Counted from the whole stretch's first letter, positions 13,976 to 25,769 are shown. The stretch is 63,449 nt of DNA, filler included, from Octopus bimaculoides (GCF_001194135.2; 7 parts of 6 records of this genome joined end to end with filler, not necessarily neighbours in it), one strand, 5' to 3'. Numbers and translations: made by a program. The notes: a model not told the origin generated them from the letters alone.

Positions 13976-13984
13976 TTATAAGAC

Positions 13985-14145
13985 TGAGGTAACTGCTCCG
14001 GAAGGTATAGAAGCAAAAATAGAAGAGTGCCATTATTTATCAAGTCAACTATATTTTGACATCTCGTGTGTCTTCCACAGATTCAAAAAATAAACTTGTC
14101 AGCCTACTTCATTTTGCTTCTATATCTTCTGGAGGAGTTACCTCA
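13985..14145. mobile_element. MITE-like element with about 40-bp imperfect terminal inverted repeats
   Basis: TGAGGTAACTGCTCCGGAAGGTATAGAAGCAAAAATAGAAG versus CTTCATTTTGCTTCTATATCTTCTGGAGGAGTTACCTCA; no clear TSD. Confidence 0.6.
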
Positions 14146-15432
14146 CTCCTATAAAATATTAACCAAAATTAAGTAGATTGAAAAGTTTATTTTTTGAACC
14201 TGTGGAATTAACTCGAGACGTTGAAATATCGTTCACTTGATAACAATGGCGCTCTTCTATTTTTGCTTCTATTATTATTATTATCATTATTATCATTATT
14301 ATTATTATTATTATAGCAAATGCAGCGAGCTGGTAGAATATTTAGAAGTAAAAGAAGGTGTTATAAGGCCAACAGCTGTATCTAGGGGCTCGGTGATCCA
14401 TAATATTGTTGATAGATTTAGTCCATTACAATATGAGGCAGTATCGATGCAATTAACATTGGACGAGACGAGCGTTCGTCATCAGGGTAGAGATGCTCTT
14501 TGTGCAGAGAAGTTTAAGACTGGAATCTTCAACCTCATTAATTTTCACTGTCGTTTGTACTCTGTATTAGCTGGAGCTATTAATATAAATATCGATATGT
14601 TTATACATAAAAAAAACATCTGAAATTTTCTAATTTTTGCCTTCTCTCGTTTTGTATGTATACATATATACATATTTTGTATTTGATGTATTTAATATAT
14701 TTGCTGTGTCTAATTTTCTTATCCGCATAATTACCTCTGTGTATGTATGTATGTATGTATGTATGTATGTTTGTATGCATGTATGTATGTATGTATGAAT
14801 ATATATATATATNNNNNNNNNNNNNNNNNNNNNNNNNNNNNNNNNNNNNNNNNNNNNNNNNNNNNNNNNNNNNNNNNNNNNNNNNNNNNNNNNNNNNNNN
14901 NNNNNNNNNNNNNNNNNNNNNNNNNNNNNNNNNNNNNNNNNNNNNNNNNNNNNNNNNNNNNNNNNNNNNNNNNNNNNNNNNNNNNNNNNNNNNNNNNNNN
15001 NNNNNNNNNNNNNNNNNNNNNNNNNNNNNNNNNNNNNNNNNNNNNNNNNNNNNNNNNNNNNNNNNNNNNNNNNNNNNNNNNNNNNNNNNNNNNNNNNNNN
15101 NNNNNNNNNNNNNNNNNNNNNNNNNNNNNNNNNNNNNNNNNNNNNNNNNNNNNNNNNNNNNNNNNNNNNNNNNNNNNNNNNNNNNNNNNNNNNNNNNNNN
15201 NNNNNNNNNNNNNNNNNNNNNNNNNNNNNNNNNNNNNNNNNNNNNNNNNNNNNNNNNNNNNNNNNNNNNNNNNNNNNNNNNNNNNNNNNNNNNNNNNNNN
15301 NNNNNNNNNNNNNNNNNNNNNNNNNNNNNNNNNNNNNNNNNNNNNNNNNNNNNNNNNNNNNNNNNNNNNNNNNNNNNNNAAGAAGTAAAAGAATAAAAAA
15401 TAAATATATATGCATCCATATGTATATACATA

Positions 15433-15466
<34 letters not shown>

Positions 15467-16399
15467 ATAAAATATATAATAAAATATATACATGCAATAT
15501 TAGATATGTACATATATATACACAAGGGTACTACATGAGTACCTATATCGCTAAAAAGTAGAAGTCAAAAAATACTTCTGTACCACCGAATAGTCACAAA
15601 TCTATTACACACATGATTGGAAAAAATATCACTGAACTATAATATCTTACCTCTACTGGGTCAGAATAAGTAAATGCTGGTCAACCTGGTACCTGTTTCG
15701 AAATTTAGCGCCAAATAGGTGCCCGATTTCTCATCAACCAAAGTCCGCCAGCTAAATTACTATTAACATTCTACAAATTTCGTTTGTTCCTATAGTACTT
15801 AGTCACTTCAAACGAACTTTTGCAGACATGGTGGGAGAGAATGCTTGTGAACTAAATTCGACCGGACAAGACGGTCAATCGATCTGTCTACTGTAGCTAT
15901 CAGATTAATAACGTCGTTTGACAAGTGAAAATTTGGTGAGCCAAACATTGCAAGTTAAAGAATGTTGCATTACAGTAGAATCTCCAATTTAATATTTTTA
16001 CGCATGATAATCAGTCTAGCACGAGAATATTTTTCTGGAGTGTCTATAAAATTCTACATAAATGTGATCACTTGCTTTAAGCACTAAAACCTATTCTCCA
16101 AAGTTAGATATTTACCAAAAAAAAAATTACAGAGCTTAGCGAATATTTCATTCAATTTCCTTATGAAACTTCGAAGAGTTTCTGTTTGCTTATCATTACT
16201 TCTGACGAATTTGTATTATTGTTATTAACATCATAGAAAATGTGGTTAACTAGCAGAATTTTTAGAGATGGAAGAAAAGTGTTATAAGGCCAACAGCTGT
16301 TTCTAGGGACTAGGCGATCCATAATCATCATGCACACAAACACACAGACCCTCGTCCGCACACCCACACATCATCAACCACGCACGCACACATTCTCAC

Positions 16400-16690
16400 A
16401 TGCATACACAAGCACGCGCACCAACGTTTTGGGATCGCCAATACTTTACTAATACCCATTCCTTCTACCTCCCCTGTCAGAACTATTTTTCCCAACCAGT
16501 CGCCATGCTTGATCACTTAATCCACAGGTCGTTTTATTCCCTCTCAGTTTATTTTCTCTTAGTCCTTTCTGTTGAAGAGCGTAGGCTCGAAACGTGAAAG
16601 ACTTTCTCATTTTTCCGAGCGTCAAACTAATACATCTGCTTGTTGTTCATACACCTATCTTCGTCTTTTGTTTTTCTGTAAATTTCAACT
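16400..16690 (+). mobile_element. Penelope-like 3' end fragment with hammerhead-like motif (family H)
   Basis: Colinear with 20040-20300 and partly with 47500-47700 (minus); hammerhead-like core at 16561-16603; ends in (TA)n. Confidence 0.6.
16561..16603 (+). ncRNA. Minimal type I hammerhead-like motif, variant core CUGUUGA, decayed (GUG triplet)
   Basis: AGTCCTTT-CTGTTGA-A-GAGC-GTAG-GCTC-GAAAC-GTG-AAAGACT: stem I (one bulge) and stem II pair. Confidence 0.5.
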
Positions 16691-16713
16691 ATATATGTGT
16701 ATGTGTGTGTGTA

Positions 16714-16857
16714 TACATTATTTACATTATTTACATTTGAGGGATATTTGTCCTCATCTTGTTTGTTATTAACACAACGTTTCAGCTGATATACCCTCAA
16801 GCCTTCATCAGATGTCTTGGGGAAATTTCAAACCTAAGGTATTTTTCAATGTTGTCG

Positions 16858-16910
<53 letters not shown>

Positions 16911-16979
16911 ATCACTGCCTGGAATCGAACTCGGAATCTTGGGGTTAGTAGCCCGCGCTCTTAACCACTATGCCATATA
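16714..16979 (-). mobile_element. tRNA-headed SINE-like element with hammerhead 3' domain (family E)
   Basis: Minus strand: A box TGGCATAGTGG, B box GAGTTCGATTCC, (AAT)n, hammerhead, 3' tail. Second copy at 39869-40107. Confidence 0.85.
16771..16816 (-). ncRNA. Minimal type I hammerhead ribozyme motif (family E, copy 1)
   Basis: GACAT-CTGATGA-A-GGCTT-GAGGGTATAT-CAGCT-GAAAC-GTT-GTGTT; core intact, G-U wobbles at the helix I and II junctions. Confidence 0.7.
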
Positions 16980-17002
16980 CCCAAGTTCGAAATTTCCCCC
17001 AA

Positions 17003-17048
17003 GACACCTGATGAAGGCTGGAAGGTATATCAACCGAAACGTTGTGTT
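17003..17048 (+). ncRNA. Minimal type I hammerhead ribozyme motif (family E, copy 2, inverted duplicate)
   Basis: GACAC-CTGATGA-A-GGCTG-GAAGGTATAT-CAACC-GAAAC-GTT-GTGTT; stem I fully paired, one mismatch in stem II, palindromic AACGTT at helix III. Confidence 0.75.
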
Positions 17049-18222
17049 AACAATAAACAAGATGAGGACAAATATCCGTCAAATGTAAATAATGTACATA
17101 ATTCCTTATCTCTTACATATAGAACTATATNNNNNNNNNNNNNNNNNNNNNNNNNNNNNNNNNNNNNNNNNNNNNNNNNNNNNNNNNNNNNNNNNNNNNN
17201 NNNNNNNNNNNNNNNNNNNNNNNNNNNNNNNNNNNNNNNNNNNNNNNNNNNNNNNNNNNNNNNNNNNNNNNNNNNNNNNNNNNNNNNNNNNNNNNNNNNN
17301 NNNNNNNNNNNNNNNNNNNNNNNNNNNNNNNNNNNNNNNNNNNNNNNNNNNNNNNNNNNNNNNNNNNNNNNNNNNNNNNNNNNNNNNNNNNNNNNNNNNN
17401 NNNNNNNNNNNNNNNNNNNNNNNNNNNNNNNNNNNNNNNNNNNNNNNNNNNNNNNNNNNNNNNNNNNNNNNNNNNNNNNNNNNNNNNNNNNNNNNNNNNN
17501 NNNNNNNNNNNNNNNNNNNNNNNNNNNNNNNNNNNNNNNNNNNNNNNNNNNNNNNNNNNNNNNNNNNNNNNNNNNNNNNNNNNNNNNNNNNNNNNNNNNN
17601 NNNNNNNNNNNNNNNNNNNNNNNNNNNNNNNNNNNNNNNNNNNNNNNNNNNNNNNNNNNNNNNNNNNNNNNNNNNNNNNNNNNNNNNNNNNNNNNNNNNN
17701 NNNNNNNNNNNNNNNNNNNNNNNNNNNNNNNNNNNNNNNNNNNNNNNNNNNNNNNNNNNNNNNNNNNNNNNNNNNNNNNNNNNNNNNNNNNNNNNNNNNN
17801 NNNNNNNNNNNNNNNNNNNNNNNNNNNNNNNNNNNNNNNNNNNNNNNNNNNNNNNNNNNNNNNNNNNNNNNNNNNNNNNNNNNNNNNNNNNNNNNNNNNN
17901 NNNNNNNNNNNNNNNNNNNNNNNNNNNNNNNNNNNNNNNNNNNNNNNNNNNNNNNNNNNNNNNNNNNNNNNNNNNNNNNNNNNNNNNNNNNNNNNNGCTC
18001 TTCATATTGCATTTAAGGTAATGCTCACATTACTTAAATAAATTGAAGTAGCATGAAACGTGCGTACTGCAATCACTTTTGAAATCCGTGTTGCTTATTA
18101 TTTGATTTTAATCACCCATCCTTTTGGGATGTGAAATTCGGGTGCCTTCGCATAAGTACCATATTCAAGCCTTGAATCTATATCTAAACCGTCTAGATAG
18201 ATAGATAGATAGATAGATAGAT

Positions 18223-18385
18223 ATACAGGTTGTGGTGAATAGATTGTCGTCTAAGTGAAAATAATACTGACATCTAATTTTAAGAGATATATTTACCAAA
18301 ATTACATTAAAATATCTAGAAATTTTAAACAGTAAATCCATACAATAAAATAGCGGTTGGCTTCAACCATGGCCTCCAGACTACT
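18223..18385 (-). mobile_element. Tc1/mariner-superfamily 3' terminal fragment
   Basis: TIR-like TACAGGTTGTGGTGAATAG; minus strand SLEAMVEANRYFIV resembles the RLEAVIEAKGGYIE transposase C-terminus. Confidence 0.6.
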
Positions 18386-20039
18386 TCGGAATCTCTTATT
18401 TACAGTAATAATAATGTGGCTAGCAAATGGGTAAATACATGCATTTTAGTTGAGAAAAGGGCTATGATGAACGCAAAGGATGACCCTTTTGAATTGTGAA
18501 TATAAGTAAAATATTGTAAATAAATAAATATCAAAGTCACCCTGTAAACTTACATTAACCAAAGCCAAAATCTTTTTATTTTATATTATGAAATGAAGAA
18601 TGGGTAAATGTAAGTGTCACATTCAATAGATGAAGCTTTAAAATTGTAAGACTTGCTTTCACGGCTCTCTTAAAAATAGAGAGAAAAATGAAACTGGACA
18701 CCGTTACTGACAATGTTCAAATAATGATAATCGGAAGGAAGCATTTGATCAGATGCACGTTCTATGTTAAAATCAGCTATTTATAATATAATGAAAAATA
18801 AATTGAATATATCGCGGTATAATTTAATAATTTTAATTGGATATTGCAGGTCATTCACAAAACACCGTTTACGCTGAAATACTACAAATCGCTTGCATAT
18901 GAAAAGAAAGGAAAGTAAGAGAAGTGTGTGTGTGTGTGTCTCTGTGTGTGTGTGTGTGTGTGTATTAAAAATAGATAAATGGATAGATAAATAGATAAAA
19001 AGAAACAGAAAGAAAGAAAAGAACAAAGAAACAAAGAAAGGAAAGGTAGCATGAGAGAAAGAAAGATGGGAACAAACAGAAAAGAGCACGAGAAAAAGAA
19101 AGCAAGTAATGAGAGGAGAAATTGAGAAAACTTGCGAAGAAATATTTGAAACGAAAAATTAACGTCAACACTCGAAATATGACATGGAATCTTTCGCTCG
19201 TCTAATGACATTTATCATAAACAGCCAGCAAATCAAGAAAACAAAGAAAGTGAGAAGACGGGTAAAGAACAGAAAAACAAAGAGCAAAAAATAAAAAAAA
19301 TAAAAATAGTTGATTGTTTTAGTTACTTCATATGCAATAATTTCCGTAACAAGTCTATCTGTTGAACATTGCAAATATTATCCGTAAATACACATCAAAA
19401 CTGAACCGAATATAATACTAAAGCTGCTGGAATTACTATCCCAACAATCCGCAAGAACATACCAACCAAACACTGCTTGTATGATTAATGTTACGTATAA
19501 TCATGTATACTTTTATACTCATTTTTTTATATATTCACACAGTTATATGCTGATGTCTCTCTCTTTCTACATATATATATATATGTAAGTGTATAATTAA
19601 AAAACTACGTGTAGGGTTATGTGTTTGGGTTCAACTCCCCTCCCCTCCTCTCTTCATCTGACACCTACTTCACTCCTCTTCACTCCTAACCACCTATCCT
19701 CTCTTGCCTTACCACCTTCTCCTTCTCTTCACTCATACCCACCATCTCCCTTCATTGACACCTCTCCCTCCACACCCCAGCCCTGCACCACATTCTCACC
19801 CCTTTACCCCCCACATCCTCACCCCACTTCCACATCCCCACACCCGACACCACCACATCACACCACACCACACCACACCACACCACACTACACTACACCA
19901 CCCCGCTAGCCCACACTAGCACTGACCACCTCCCAGCACGCACGCAATCATCCCCACACTCACACATTACAGACGCACACACACACGCACACATCCACAC
20001 GCACGCACACGTTCACATACACACACGCACGCGCACGTT

Positions 20040-20300
20040 TGTGATCACCAATACTTTATTATCTCCCCTTCTTCCTAGCTATCCTGTCTAACCACCTTTG
20101 TCCCACCAGTCGTCATGATTGACCGCTAACTTCACAAGTTTTCTTTTATTCTCACTCTGTTTATTTCCTCGTGTTCCTTTCTGTTGAAGTGTGTAGGTTC
20201 GAAACATAAAAGACTCATTTTCCCGAACGTCAAACTAAAACACCCGCTTGTTGTTTATACACTTGTCTTCGTCTTTTGTTTTTTTATTGTAAATTTCAAC
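20040..20300 (+). mobile_element. Penelope-like 3' end fragment (family H), decayed hammerhead at 20174-20214
   Basis: Colinear with 16400-16690. Confidence 0.55.
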
Positions 20301-20334
<34 letters not shown>

Positions 20335-20336
20335 AT

Positions 20337-21055
20337 ATGAGATTTAGCCTTGCACAAATGTATCCAAAGAGGATCTCAAGTATAGTAGGGGTATCCTTAC
20401 GCACAGTTTATAACGTCTACAAGAGAATGGACGTTGACAACGGCATTCAGAGAATGTCTGGCAACGATGAGACCACCAAGAAGCAGAATCAAGACTTCAC
20501 CAATATCCTCCAACCCCAAAATTAATTCAACGGACCCAAAAACGTCTATGAGAAAACTGGCTTTTGAACTTGAAGTGAACCCGAAGACCATTAGAACAGC
20601 TTTGAAGGAAGACTTCAGCCTTGCTGACAGAACCTATGAAGACCAGAAGATTGGAGATGTACAAAAAGTTCTCACATACCTCAAGAAAGGGTCCACTGTG
20701 AAAATTTTCTCTGACGAGTAGATCTTCCCAGTGAATGCCATAGTAAACAGTAGAAACGACCGGAGTCAACATCAGACATCAGGGGCACCTTCAGAACAAA
20801 ACAACCAGCCCAGGTCATGGTCTTGGAAGAAAGATGACCATATACTTCTACAAACCCAGAGAAAAGGTGGGCGCTGATGCCTACTACAACATTTTGAGGT
20901 ACCATGTCTTGCAATGGTTCAAGGCCAACTACACGGAGGACAACTATGTGAGGATCCAGGATGATGCTTCCAGCCATAATGCCAAAAAGGTACAGAATTT
21001 CTGCAAATCCAACTTAGCTGTTGTCTGACCTACTGACTTCTGGTCCTCTCAACTC
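20337..21055 (+). mobile_element. IS630-Tc1-mariner transposase remnant
   Basis: HTH-like MYPKRISSIVGVSLRTVYNVYKR, KIFSDE (first D), RIQDDASSHNAKKVQNFCKSN (second D); frameshifted. Confidence 0.85.
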
Positions 21056-21202
21056 TCTGAATTATACCACGTCTGGTATTTTGGACAGTGACGTTTGACG
21101 AAGAGATGGAAGTCTGCAAGTGCTAAATATGGCGAATAGGTTGGGTGTGCACGTGATACCATGTTTTTTTGGCGAGAAACTCACGAGTAAGAAGAGCTCC
21201 GA

Positions 21203-21358
21203 CGGAATTATTTCAGTTTCCGTCTACCAAATCCACTCACAAGGCTTTGGTCGGCCCGAAACTATAGTAGAAGACACTTGCCGAAAGTTCAACGCAGTGG
21301 GACTGAACCCGGAACCATGTGGTTGGTAAGCAAGCTACTTACCACGCAGCCACTCCTA
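21203..21358 (-). mobile_element. SINE family B/C 5' (tRNA-like) half
   Basis: Nearly identical to 29137-29291; minus strand GTAGGAGTGGCTGCGTGGTAAGTAGC...GGTTCCGGGTTCAGTCCC. Confidence 0.9.
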
Positions 21359-23379
21359 CGCGTATATATACACGCGCACATATATACATATATACACACG
21401 CACATATATATATAGAGAGATAGAGATAGAGAGGGGGAGACAGACAGAGTAGGAAGAGTGTAGTTCACTGGTGATCTAAACTGATAAGCTACTTGGATCC
21501 AAGCTTTGAACGAGGGCTGAAGTTGTGGTAGCTACTGCCCAGTACGGAGAGAACCGTGATCCGTAGCCTACCTCCGTGTCAGTAGCTACAATTTAAAGAA
21601 CAGGTAAAAAATAACAAGGCAGGACAAGCTTAACAGATCATTTAAATTATCTTAATGGTGAATCGTAGTAAGACAAAATAAATATGAGTGTCTTACAGCT
21701 GTTTCTGGGATACCCAGGTAATGGCTCAATGTGGTGATCCACATTTCTATCTTCTGAGTATGCTGTCATCGGAAACAAAGTATAGGGGGCGCAATTAAAA
21801 GAATATATATATACAGAAAACTTTTAGATGTATAGAGAAAGTTTGATGTAGAGAAATGTGTAGCAAGGTGTATATATATATATATATAATAATATTATTA
21901 GGGACAAAATCCAAAATATTATACTCATTTATTGTGCTTTTAATTATTAATTTTTCTATATGTGATAGTGGATTTTCATCGATGAGTTCTTGAAAATTGG
22001 TTATTTTCCCTAAAACTATATATATATNNNNNNNNNNNNNNNNNNNNNNNNNNNNNNNNNNNNNNNNNNNNNNNNNNNNNNNNNNNNNNNNNNNNNNNNN
22101 NNNNNNNNNNNNNNNNNNNNNNNNNNNNNNNNNNNNNNNNNNNNNNNNNNNNNNNNNNNNNNNNNNNNNNNNNNNNNNNNNNNNNNNNNNNNNNNNNNNN
22201 NNNNNNNNNNNNNNNNNNNNNNNNNNNNNNNNNNNNNNNNNNNNNNNNNNNNNNNNNNNNNNNNNNNNNNNNNNNNNNNNNNNNNNNNNNNNNNNNNNNN
22301 NNNNNNNNNNNNNNNNNNNNNNNNNNNNNNNNNNNNNNNNNNNNNNNNNNNNNNNNNNNNNNNNNNNNNNNNNNNNNNNNNNNNNNNNNNNNNNNNNNNN
22401 NNNNNNNNNNNNNNNNNNNNNNNNNNNNNNNNNNNNNNNNNNNNNNNNNNNNNNNNNNNNNNNNNNNNNNNNNNNNNNNNNNNNNNNNNNNNNNNNNNNN
22501 NNNNNNNNNNNNNNNNNNNNNNNNNNNNNNNNNNNNNNNNNNNNNNNNNNNNNNNNNNNNNNNNNNNNNNNNNNNNNNNNNNNNNNNNNNNNNNNNNNNN
22601 NNNNNNNNNNNNNNNNNNNNNNNNNNNNNNNNNNNNNNNNNNNNNNNNNNNNNNNNNNNNNNNNNNNNNNNNNNNNNNNNNNNNNNNNNNNNNNNNNNNN
22701 NNNNNNNNNNNNNNNNNNNNNNNNNNNNNNNNNNNNNNNNNNNNNNNNNNNNNNNNNNNNNNNNNNNNNNNNNNNNNNNNATATATATATATATACATCT
22801 TTATACATGCACTTACACATGCATACACACGTATATGAGCATTATTATACTCATATACAAATCTCTACACGCACGCACATACGCATATACATATACATGC
22901 ATAAAAATATGTATACACATAAATATGAAAATACATACACACGAACGTATATATGTATATATAACTTCATCTTTACATAGAAAAAAAGTTAACATTTATC
23001 TTAGAGCTTATATAAATACAAATACTCATGCAGACATGTGCATTACAGTCACTCTTAAACAAACGGATACAGTCTTACTCTCGTATAAATACATACATTT
23101 GTACACATATACACATAGAGGAGAGAGAGAGGTGTGAGAAATATTTACACACGCACGTACACGCACACACACATATGTATATATATTCATGCACACACCA
23201 GTACATGTATAGCATGTATAGAAAGAAAAGTGCGGTACTGTAAACTTTATTGTGGTAATTTCAGCCTGATGACTGTGGTAGATTAGTTGCACAAACATTG
23301 CATGACGACCTTCATCTAGTTAAGAAACATATGTAGCTTGCATTTTACCCGTTCCACTCCTTTAGATTTGATCTATCTA

Positions 23380-23435
<56 letters not shown>

Positions 23436-25528
23436 TGTGTGTGTGCGTGCGCGCGTGTGCGTGAGTGCGCGGGCCTGCGAGTGCGTGTGTGTGGGCGTGC
23501 GCGCGTGTGTGGGCGTGCGCGTGTGTGTGTATGTATGTGTTTATGTCTAATTTAACGACTTGAATACATCTATTTATTCATATGTAATTGCCTACAAAGT
23601 CGTACACCGTATAGTAATAAGTAAATATACGCACACGTGTGTATATAAGGTTTCTTCATAATTTTTGTGTACTCTCTTCCTTTGTATATCTAATTCTTTG
23701 TGTATTTTTTTTTACTGTAGTGTACATATATGTTGCCATAACACAGTGCAACTCAGTAGTACGTTCTTGTTATAACACTTAACTTTTAAAATCAAAATTG
23801 TCGTTCTTTATATAACAAAGAATAAATTTGTACCATATTGGCTATTTATTTCTGAGATGCACCTGCGAGATTACAATGGATAAAAATGAGTGTTGTACGC
23901 TATGTCAATATTTAAAACACTATTTCTGACGAGAAATGCATGCTTTCAATTCGTAACGTTGCTAATTCTTTTATGAAAATTCTTAATAACTCATCTTATA
24001 CCTCAGCCAAGAATATATAAAGCTCGGCGAGAATTGATATTCTGACTCTTTGTTCTTTATGAAAACATCCTGGGTGCTCTTTTTAAGTTGTAAGTCTGTA
24101 TAAAATAATTCCACTAACAGTGTCAATACATTACACCTGTCTAATCATATTTTGTGGTCAGACATCAGTATTACAGGACAGGATAATAGTTTAAATTCAT
24201 GAGGAATTACCTAAGTGATTTCATTACAATACTCAATTTAAAATATTCCAGCCTCCTTAATTATGCTGCTAAGAAGAGAATCAACATCACAACTTACCGT
24301 ACTCACAGTGAATGATTGAATTAGTAACTACTATCGTTGTATTTGCTAGTATATTGACAAGCTACGGTGTCTGCAAAGGGTAACAGCCTAATTGATATAA
24401 TAGTTTGCACATCAATTTGTACCAATTAGTGATTTGAGAATTGTCAATGAAGAAACACTTAACAGCCACTGCTAGTGACAACTTAATTGTAAATAAGTAA
24501 CATGGGTCTTGCTCATGTGTAAACAGACGCACTTTGTTAGTTATCAGAGATAAATTCAAATAATCGTAAGAGCTTTACTACGTTAACCACATCCAATATA
24601 TATANNNNNNNNNNNNNNNNNNNNNNNNNNNNNNNNNNNNNNNNNNNNNNNNNNNNNNNNNNNNNNNNNNNNNNNNNNNNNNNNNNNNNNNNNNNNNNNN
24701 NNNNNNNNNNNNNNNNNNNNNNNNNNNNNNNNNNNNNNNNNNNNNNNNNNNNNNNNNNNNNNNNNNNNNNNNNNNNNNNNNNNNNNNNNNNNNNNNNNNN
24801 NNNNNNNNNNNNNNNNNNNNNNNNNNNNNNNNNNNNNNNNNNNNNNNNNNNNNNNNNNNNNNNNNNNNNNNNNNNNNNNNNNNNNNNNNNNNNNNNNNNN
24901 NNNNNNNNNNNNNNNNNNNNNNNNNNNNNNNNNNNNNNNNNNNNNNNNNNNNNNNNNNNNNNNNNNNNNNNNNNNNNNNNNNNNNNNNNNNNNNNNNNNN
25001 NNNNNNNNNNNNNNNNNNNNNNNNNNNNNNNNNNNNNNNNNNNNNNNNNNNNNNNNNNNNNNNNNNNNNNNNNNNNNNNNNNNNNNNNNNNNNNNNNNNN
25101 NNNNNNNNNNNNNNNNNNNNNNNNNNNNNNNNNNNNNNNNNNNNNNNNNNNNNNNNNNNNNNNNNNNNNNNNNNNNNNNNNNNNNNNNNNNNNNNNNNNN
25201 NNNNNNNNNNNNNNNNNNNNNNNNNNNNNNNNNNNNNNNNNNNNNNNNNNNNNNNNNNNNNNNNNNNNNNNNNNNNNNNNNNNNNNNNNNNNNNNNTATA
25301 TATATAAGTGTATGTATATATATGCAAATATATGTATGTATATATGTATGTATGTATGTAAGTAAGTATGCGTGTATGCATGTATGCATGTATGTTTGTA
25401 CTTATGTATGTATGTATGTATGTATGTGAAATGATATATATTTATGCGAGTGTGTGTGAGTGTATATGTGTGTTTTATATGTGGGTTCTTCATGACAACT
25501 AATAATACGGACGTCATAAAGTTGCTTT

Positions 25529-25628
25529 NNNNNNNNNNNNNNNNNNNNNNNNNNNNNNNNNNNNNNNNNNNNTTAATTAATTAANNNNNNNNNNNNNNNN
25601 NNNNNNNNNNNNNNNNNNNNNNNNNNNN
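25529..25628. other. Artificial 100-bp assembly spacer (44 N + TTAATTAATTAA + 44 N)
   Basis: Identical spacers at 33579-33678, 39656-39755, 52009-52108, 58040-58139 and 61487-61586; the 12-mer gives a stop in all six frames. Confidence 0.95.
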
Positions 25629-25769
25629 CGCGGGGAGCCCTTAAGGGATTTCCTAGCTGGCGGGCCTCGACTCTCGGCGCGTGAGACGGAATGCTGTGAG
25701 GGCCCGATCACTCCCGCGGAGGTAAGAGAGGTGCTGGCCGGATGCGTCGCGGAAAAGGCTCCGGGACTT
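25629..25769 (+). mobile_element. Tx1/L1-clade LINE ORF2 fragment
   Basis: RGEPLRDFLAGGPRLSARETECCEGPITPAEVREVLAGCVAEKAPGL matches the CEGPIT.EEV...KSPGLDG linker just before the RT domain; visibly GC-rich. Confidence 0.75.

Noticed and set aside
14478-14500. Minus-strand CTGATGA as another hammerhead (also plus strand near 23266)
   Set aside because: No stem II followed by GAAA and no stem I.
19205-19245. Minus-strand FLDLL (CYP4 exon 7 motif)
   Set aside because: Lies in a pyrimidine-rich tract, is followed quickly by a stop and has no flanking similarity.
24002-24095. Candidate CYP exon 5 (94 bp, phase 1 to 2, DLQLKKSTQDVFIKNKESEYQFSPSFIYSWL)
   Set aside because: Phases and splice sites fit, but it lacks ETAMG, is not the expected 70 bp, and lies across an artificial spacer. 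Not supportable without RNA-seq.
24307-24370. AG/GT-bounded minus-strand segment resembling exon 5 (DTVACQYTSKYNDSSY)
   Set aside because: Stop codons in all three frames.
25573-25584. TTAATTAATTAA palindromes as a recurring biological motif
   Set aside because: Always centred in exactly 44 N + 44 N; an artificial six-frame-stop linker.
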